This document shows, piece by piece, positions 58,182 through 64,000 of a DNA stretch of 64,000 nucleotides (positions are counted from its first letter, which is position 1; each line of letters opens with the position of its first letter). The notes below the pieces were generated by a model. It saw only the letters and a list, made by a program, of their open reading frames with translations. It made no database searches and was not told the DNA's origin. The stretch is from Fibrobacterales bacterium (GTDB taxonomy: Bacteria; Fibrobacterota; Fibrobacteria; Fibrobacterales; JAOPTW01). The stretch covers positions 149,175-213,174 of the forward strand of contig JAOPTW010000008.1 of NCBI GenBank assembly GCA_051532035.1. The letters are read 5' to 3'. The position numbers and the translations under genes are program-made.

Positions 58182-59462
58182 ATGAGGACCTTTTTCGATC
58201 ACACCTATAAAAAAGAAAAGCTGTACTGTAAGCACTGTTCGTCTGTTGCTACGCATCAGCTTTTTTCCCGTCAGGCTATTGTTTTTGGCGGAAAGATTTC
58301 TTCTCGAGAGCGTCTTCTTGGGCACTGTAACAACTGTAGAGAGTATCAAATTCTCTTCGCATCTGACCTCCGCAGCCTTACCCCTGAAAAACAAGGTGAG
58401 TTCTCATGTAAAATAGCGGGCCGTGGGCGTATTATACTCGGAGATTGGGTCTATATCCCTGGTCATTCACGCCCAGGTAGAGTAAAAGGGCGTTTTTGGC
58501 AAAATGGATTTGAAGAATTCATCCTAACCTATGAAGATGGCACTGAAAAAACAATTAAGATTAAGACCCCAGATGTCGCAGGTAAAGAAGCTCTTATATC
58601 CTATAAACTTCTCCCCTTCCAACTTGGTAACACATTGATCGGTGACTACATCTACCATGTAAATAGAAATATTTCTGGTAAAACAGTCGGTGTAATCCAC
58701 GGTCAAAAAGAGAAGATTATTATCCAACTCGAAGATAAAACATTTCTCATTATGACGCTTCCTGGTGTAGATCCAAAAGTTAAAGACAATTACACCCTAT
58801 CTGATATTGTTACCTCGACCCTCAACTCTATTGATTTTGATACCTCGACCATAACAATAAATGTAAGTAATGGCATAGTGTTCTTATCCGGAAGCCTCAC
58901 TCATATCCTTGACCGCGAAGTTCTTATTCGGTTTATCGACTCACTGGAAGGTGTACTCGGGGTTATTTCGAACATAACAATTCAACCTGTTATTAATGTT
59001 TCCGACGACCTACTACAGCGTGAAATACACCAGTATCTCTTCGATTCGAACCCTGGTATTTTAGGGGTCAATATAACCGTCACTAGAGGTGAAGCGGAAC
59101 TCTGTGGTTATGTAGAAAAACATTCAAATCAGAATAAAATTTATGAATCCCTCGCTTCAATTGATGGTCTCAAAGAAATCCACCTTAAACTAGAGAAAAA
59201 AGACACCTCGAGTGCTAAAGACCAAGAGACAACAAATCAAGTAATTAATGCACTCGATAAATTACAACTTCTCGATTCTGCATCCATAAAAGTCCATACT
59301 ATAAATGGCGTTGTCTATCTTGAAGGACACGTCCATACTAATCTTCAAAAAAGTACTGCAACATTTGCCGCCATGTGGGCAGGCAAAAACTTGAATCTTG
59401 TAAATAATCTACAAGTAATGCTTCGCAAAGAAGACGAGAATCAAAATCAAGAACAAGCATAG
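58182..59462 (+). CDS. BON-domain protein with N-terminal Zn-ribbon and SH3/KOW-like repeats
   Basis: CKHC...CNNC; two xGDxxY repeats; three BON-like units (ITINVSNGIVFLSG, VNITVTRGEAELCG, IKVHTINGVVYLEG); no signal peptide. Confidence 0.75.
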   Translation: MRTFFDHTYKKEKLYCKHCSSVATHQLFSRQAIVFGGKISSRERLLGHCNNCREYQILFASDLRSLTPEKQGEFSCKIAGRGRIILGDWVYIPGHSRPGRVKGRFWQNGFEEFILTYEDGTEKTIKIKTPDVAGKEALISYKLLPFQLGNTLIGDYIYHVNRNISGKTVGVIHGQKEKIIIQLEDKTFLIMTLPGVDPKVKDNYTLSDIVTSTLNSIDFDTSTITINVSNGIVFLSGSLTHILDREVLIRFIDSLEGVLGVISNITIQPVINVSDDLLQREIHQYLFDSNPGILGVNITVTRGEAELCGYVEKHSNQNKIYESLASIDGLKEIHLKLEKKDTSSAKDQETTNQVINALDKLQLLDSASIKVHTINGVVYLEGHVHTNLQKSTATFAAMWAGKNLNLVNNLQVMLRKEDENQNQEQA

Positions 59463-59546
59463 TTTTCGTAGCAGAACATCATTCTTAGTCTGTAAAAAGA
59501 TTCCCAATTACTACCTTATAGATGTACTATTTTTTAAAATGTTACC

Positions 59547-61061
59547 ATGAATATAAAACAGATTATACTTCTCGCTATTTTGTTGATAAGTTCACTTTAT
59601 TCCAACAACAAGGAACCAGCACTCCCTGTCTCTTCATTTGAAGTCTCAGAAGAAGGTGAACTACAATCCTCTAATAGCAGTAAAGAGTCGAACCCCACTG
59701 CGGCAATAATTACACTAGAAGAGATGGTCGATCCTGGTATGGCCGACTATGTTAAGCGGGCAATAAACCAAGCTATCTCCCAATCACCTCAGTACATCAT
59801 TTTTGAAGTTAATACATTTGGTGGCCGCCTTGATGCAGCTTTTGATATTGTAGATGCTATTACTGGTATTCCAGACAGCATAACAACCATTGCATTTGTT
59901 AATAAAAAAGCAATCTCTGCTGGTGCACTTATAAGTTTCGCAAGTAATATGCTCTATATGAAGCCAACAACAACTATTGGCGACTGTGCACCCGTAATAC
60001 AAGGACAGCAGGGGCCAGTTATGATGGGTGAAAAAATACAGTCACCTCTCAGAGCAAAATTCAGAAACCTTGCTGAAAGAAATGGGTATCCCGAACTCTT
60101 AAGCCAGGCGATGGTTTCCAGCGACCTTGAAGTACTAAAACTTACTTATAAAGACTCTACCCAATTTGTTCTTAAACACGAATGGGAGGAAATGGATGAA
60201 AAGGAAAGGAAATTATGGAAGAAAAAAACCATTGTTCGTAAAGATGAACTGTTGACTCTCACTAATACTGAAGCGGAAACATTTGGCTTTTCCAGAGGAA
60301 CAATTAAAGATGTAGACGCATTAGTAAAGCATTTAGGAATTAGCACACTTAAAAATATAGACATTAATTGGGCCGAACAATTAGCTCGTTTAATTGGCAC
60401 CATATCACCAATACTCATGTTAATCGGTTTTGGGGCAATCTATATGGAGATTAAATCACCAGGCTTTGGCATCTTTGGTATTATTGGAATTATTGCTCTC
60501 AGTATAGTATTTCTTGGTCAATATGTAGCGGGAATTGCTGATCATATTGGACTCATATTTGTAACCCTAGGTATTATCCTAGTACTGGTAGAAGTTATTC
60601 TCGTCCCCGGTACTCTCATTAGTGCCTCACTAGGTGTTATCTGTTTTATCATGGCCTTTGGACTTTCCCTTAAAGGTGGTGACATTTCAACTCCAGATAT
60701 TACAAGCGATAGAATCGATCTCTTTTTAAATAATGTGAGTGACATTATTCTACTCGCAGTGGCAGCCCTTATAATTCCTGTTATTATAAGTAAATACCTC
60801 CTTCCACGGATGCCAAGTAATCTTGGTATAATTATTGATGAAACTCTTGAAGATTCCCATATTAAAACAATTCAAGAATCTAATTTTGCAGTTTCGGTCG
60901 GAGATTCAGGGGTTACTAAAAGTGATCTCCGCCCAACAGGTAAAGCTCTCTTTGATGGCAAACAGATTGAAGTTCTTGGTCAATCTGGATACATTGAGAA
61001 AGGAAGTGCCATAACAATAATTTCTATTGAAGGCCAAAAGGTCATAGTAAAAAAAGGTTAA
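59547..61061 (+). CDS. nfeD: Long-form NfeD (ClpP-class membrane-bound serine protease plus OB fold)
   Basis: NTFGG, AISAGALI, GEK, LLTLT, EIKSPGFG, DLRPTGKA. Confidence 0.9.
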   Translation: MNIKQIILLAILLISSLYSNNKEPALPVSSFEVSEEGELQSSNSSKESNPTAAIITLEEMVDPGMADYVKRAINQAISQSPQYIIFEVNTFGGRLDAAFDIVDAITGIPDSITTIAFVNKKAISAGALISFASNMLYMKPTTTIGDCAPVIQGQQGPVMMGEKIQSPLRAKFRNLAERNGYPELLSQAMVSSDLEVLKLTYKDSTQFVLKHEWEEMDEKERKLWKKKTIVRKDELLTLTNTEAETFGFSRGTIKDVDALVKHLGISTLKNIDINWAEQLARLIGTISPILMLIGFGAIYMEIKSPGFGIFGIIGIIALSIVFLGQYVAGIADHIGLIFVTLGIILVLVEVILVPGTLISASLGVICFIMAFGLSLKGGDISTPDITSDRIDLFLNNVSDIILLAVAALIIPVIISKYLLPRMPSNLGIIIDETLEDSHIKTIQESNFAVSVGDSGVTKSDLRPTGKALFDGKQIEVLGQSGYIEKGSAITIISIEGQKVIVKKG

Positions 61062-61062
61062 A

Positions 61063-61545
61063 ATGAACCCTTACATAATCATCTCTATTTTCCAAGTATT
61101 GGCATTTGTACTAATATTTTTAGAAATTCTTATTCCATCTGGTGGGATAATATCAATTTTGGCAATAGGTGGATTTGCTTACAGCTGGTATTTGATTGCT
61201 GAACAAGCCCACACTGCATCCTACATGCTCTTTGGAATAATTGACATACTTGGAATTCCTTTATCTATTATTATTGGATTTAAAGTACTTAAAGCATCCC
61301 CTTTAATGAACAATGAGGATCTTACGAAAGAAGGTGGTTACACTTTTGACACAAGCAGCTCACATAAAGACCTCATAGGTAAAACAGGCCTTGTAATAAC
61401 CCAACTTCGTCCGAGTGGTACAATCGAAATTGAAGGAGAGCAGTTTGATGCACTCTCTAATGGAGAAATGATTGACCCGAGCTTTGAAGTAACTGTTTTA
61501 GACGTTTCAGAAAACAAAATCATAGTAGAACTTAAAAACAATTAA
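61063..61545 (+). CDS. Short NfeD-family protein (TM helices plus OB fold)
   Basis: [31 protein letters not shown]. Confidence 0.88.
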   Translation: MNPYIIISIFQVLAFVLIFLEILIPSGGIISILAIGGFAYSWYLIAEQAHTASYMLFGIIDILGIPLSIIIGFKVLKASPLMNNEDLTKEGGYTFDTSSSHKDLIGKTGLVITQLRPSGTIEIEGEQFDALSNGEMIDPSFEVTVLDVSENKIIVELKNN

Positions 61546-61559
61546 ATAAAAGGATAGTC

Positions 61560-62555
61560 ATGGACAATTTAACATTACCCATATTAATAGTTGGAGTCAT
61601 AGTACTCATCGTATTACTCTTTTTTGTTGGAAGTTTTTTCAGTCTCTGGCTGCAAGCTCTTTTTTCCAAAGCAGAAATTTCATTTTTACAGCTCGTAGGG
61701 ATGAGAATGAGAAAAGTACCTCCACGCCTTATCGTAGATGCGCGTATTCTTGCTGTTAAAGCAGGAATACCTGTTGCAACTAATTTACTTGAAGCTCACT
61801 TTATGTCTGGTGGTAATGTACTTCGCGTTGTACAGTCTCTTATTGCTGCGGGAAAAGCAAATATTAATTTGGACTTTAAACAAGCATCAGCGATTGACCT
61901 TGCAGGAAGAAACGTACTCCAAGCAGTACAAATGAGTGTAAATCCAAAAGTTATCGAAACACCAAAGATATCTGCAGTAGCATTAGATGGTATTCAGCTC
62001 AAAGCAGTTGTTCGCATAACTGTGAGAGCCTCTATCGATAAATTAGTCGGTGGTGCCGGCGAAGAGACAGTTATTGCCCGAGTTGGTGAAGGAATTGTAT
62101 CAGCAATTGGTTCATCATCTACCCATAAGCAAGTGTTAGAAAATCCCAATGTAATATCTAAAAAAGTACTCGGTTCAGGTCTCGACAGTGGAACGGCATT
62201 TGAAATTCTTTCAATAGATATTGCTGATGTTGATGTTGGCAAAAACATTGGTGCTGACCTTGAAACCGATCGTGCTGAAGCTGATAAAAAGATAGCTCAA
62301 GCAAAGGCAGAAGAACGTCGTGCAATGGCATATGCACAAGAACAAGAGATGCAAGCAAGTGTTATGGAAATGCGTGCTAAAGTTGTCGCTGCAGAAGCAG
62401 AGATACCAAAAGCAATGGCACAAGCATTTAGAGAAGGCAATCTTGGTATCATGGATTATTATAATATGAAAAATATTCAGGCTGATACAAGTATGCGCGA
62501 TTCTATAGGTGGAACAAATCAAAGTACTTCAAAAGATGATAACGATCAGGTATAA
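61560..62555 (+). CDS. floA: Flotillin-like protein FloA (YqfA)
   Basis: [70 protein letters not shown]. Confidence 0.95.
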   Translation: MDNLTLPILIVGVIVLIVLLFFVGSFFSLWLQALFSKAEISFLQLVGMRMRKVPPRLIVDARILAVKAGIPVATNLLEAHFMSGGNVLRVVQSLIAAGKANINLDFKQASAIDLAGRNVLQAVQMSVNPKVIETPKISAVALDGIQLKAVVRITVRASIDKLVGGAGEETVIARVGEGIVSAIGSSSTHKQVLENPNVISKKVLGSGLDSGTAFEILSIDIADVDVGKNIGADLETDRAEADKKIAQAKAEERRAMAYAQEQEMQASVMEMRAKVVAAEAEIPKAMAQAFREGNLGIMDYYNMKNIQADTSMRDSIGGTNQSTSKDDNDQV

Positions 62556-62557
62556 GT

Positions 62558-63046
62558 ATGGATGATTTTGGCCCAGGCCTTATTGTTGTTCTTGTAGTCC
62601 TCCAAATTATTGGAGGGCTTTTTGCCAGCAAAAAAAAGAAAGAGGCTGCTCAAAAAGCTAAACAAGCAGAAAAAAATAATAGTACTCACAGTAACCCTCA
62701 GAATATTGAGAATGGGGAAGGTCAGAATCCAGACCCATTCGAAACATTTATTGAAGGCATGACTCAGACGCTACAACCAGAGAACAATAATTCTGCAAGA
62801 CCCATAGTAAATTCGTATTCTGAAAATGAGAATACGAATTTATTTGAAAATATCGAACTTGCAGATAGTGACGATGCTTTTATGCCTGAAAGTTCATATA
62901 AAACTAAGTCAACGGCTCAATATATTTCGCGACCACTAAAAAGAGATAGTGATCATATTTATGAAAAGCTCTCAACTCCTAATAAACTAAAAGAAGCTTT
63001 TATATTATTTGAAATAATAGGGAAGCCAAAAGCACTGAGAAAATAA
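62558..63046 (+). CDS. Hypothetical membrane-anchored protein (YqfB-position gene)
   Basis: N-terminal TM, disordered middle, C-terminal LKEAFILFEIIGKPKALR typical of genes that follow floA. Confidence 0.7.
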   Translation: MDDFGPGLIVVLVVLQIIGGLFASKKKKEAAQKAKQAEKNNSTHSNPQNIENGEGQNPDPFETFIEGMTQTLQPENNNSARPIVNSYSENENTNLFENIELADSDDAFMPESSYKTKSTAQYISRPLKRDSDHIYEKLSTPNKLKEAFILFEIIGKPKALRK

Positions 63047-63047
63047 A

Positions 63048-63087
63048 AAAAGGAAGAGGCTTGTGAATCCACAAGCCTCTTCCTTTT
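63048..63087. terminator. Bidirectional terminator, 18-bp perfect stem
   Basis: AAAAGGAAGAGGCTTGTG-AATC-CACAAGCCTCTTCCTTTT. Confidence 0.85.
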
Positions 63088-63262
63088 AAGCTGACACATC
63101 AATTCCCATTCCCATCCCTGGCGGGCTAGCTTTAGGTTGAGGCAAACTATTTATTAATTGAGCTTGTTGATCCTCAGCCATATCGTGAGATTTTTTAAGC
63201 AATGCAATATCTTTTGAAGATGACACATCACTTGCTTGTGCAGATAATGATCCCATTTGCAT
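63086..63262 (-). CDS. YjfB-like putative motility microprotein (58 aa, not in ORF track)
   Basis: Hand translation: MQMGSLSAQASDVSSSKDIALLKKSHDMAEDQQAQLINSLPQPKASPPGMGMGIDVSA*; IAxLKKxxD...QL...GxGxxIDVxA pattern; AAGGAGG RBS. Confidence 0.85.
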   Translation of the reverse strand: MQMGSLSAQASDVSSSKDIALLKKSHDMAEDQQAQLINSLPQPKASPPGMGMGIDVSA

Positions 63263-63302
63263 AAGTAGTTTCCTCCTTGAAAACAGTGAGACCTAATAGA
63301 AG

Positions 63303-63329
63303 TGATCGGCGCAGACACCAGAAAACTTA
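63303..63329 (-). promoter_or_regulatory. Sigma28 (FliA) promoter of the YjfB-like gene
   Basis: Minus strand TAAG-TTTTCTGGTGTCTGC(15 nt)-GCCGATCA. Confidence 0.75.
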
Positions 63330-64000
63330 AGCTAACAGCAAAGATTTTTAGTTATTAAGGTCTTGATTGATTTCTTACCTGTCAGACGTGTCACAAAAAG
63401 GAGTATACCTGTATTATTACCTTGCCTCATAAGTATTACTTGGTCAGGTGTTGGGTTGATATCTAAGACTCAGATATAACGCCCTCAATTAGCCTCTTTT
63501 TGTCAAATTAATTATCACTTCTATCATGCCATACAATATTCATATCATTATAATAACTAAAGCTATATGCCCCAAATTAACACCGTCATAACCTACAATA
63601 GAATAAGGAACACTTGAAAAAATACATGGCTCATCAAAATATTTAAACATTAAGTTCAGCCAGTAAGTAAGGCCACATGACCTAACAATCGTTATAATAG
63701 ATGGTGCACTAATGTAAGATTAACGTCCTAAATTTCCCCCAAGTACATTAAGCAATCCAGAACCTTGTACTTGAAAGGCTAATAAGTATCATATAAGCAT
63801 TCTTAATAGCTTTATGACTGTGCTACTTAGATGTTGAGTAAGAACAATACATGAGTTTATAGGCTACTCTATAAACTCATTAAGGGGGCACCAATCCAGT
63901 GCAGCAGATCAAATTGATCTATTTGGTATAGATCAGAGATTATTCAAAATGAGATATATAAGATATATGAGAGGGTACAAAAAAGCCCGTAGCGTAAGCT

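Noticed and set aside
268..62522. Numerous 60-160 aa ORFs in the track that overlap larger genes (e.g. 268-465, 9851-10336, 19424-19894, 51625-52026, 28836-29047)
   Set aside because: Antisense or off-frame shadows of well-supported genes or repeats, with no recognisable motifs.

Overview
Gene-dense chromosomal window (roughly 40% GC by eye) from a flagellated diderm bacterium. Gene content (PorV-like barrel, FlgD/CTD-tailed surface protein, FapA, NfeD-FloA) suggests an FCB-group organism, possibly Fibrobacterota; this is inference only. Housekeeping genes: partial dusB, HU/IHF, pdxB, argF, ispE-tRNA-Gln-rplY-pth, guaB, bioDFHC, glnS, coaX, nadC, tRNA-Ser, gltX and nfeD-nfeD-floA. No transposase, integrase, phage gene, rRNA or CRISPR array was seen. 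Most notable loci: (1) an overlapping three-gene envelope operon (beta-barrel, 1435-aa Ig-repeat protein with FlgD/T9SS-CTD-like tail, PorV-like fusion) behind a sigma28-like promoter; (2) a near-consensus sigma54 promoter heading a MerR plus GT2-TPR glycosyltransferase operon; (3) three tandem paralogous beta-barrel proteins I cannot assign to a family; (4) a BigR/SqrR-type repressor, an unannotated DUF6132-like microprotein and a rhodanese tightly coupled to bioDFHC; (5) a PilJ/N-box plus hemerythrin chemoreceptor; (6) a Zn-ribbon/SH3-like/3xBON protein; (7) several long palindromes and REP/MITE-like elements. Two small genes missing from the ORF track (DUF6132-like, YjfB-like) were found by hand translation. 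All family calls come from motif recognition, not database searches.
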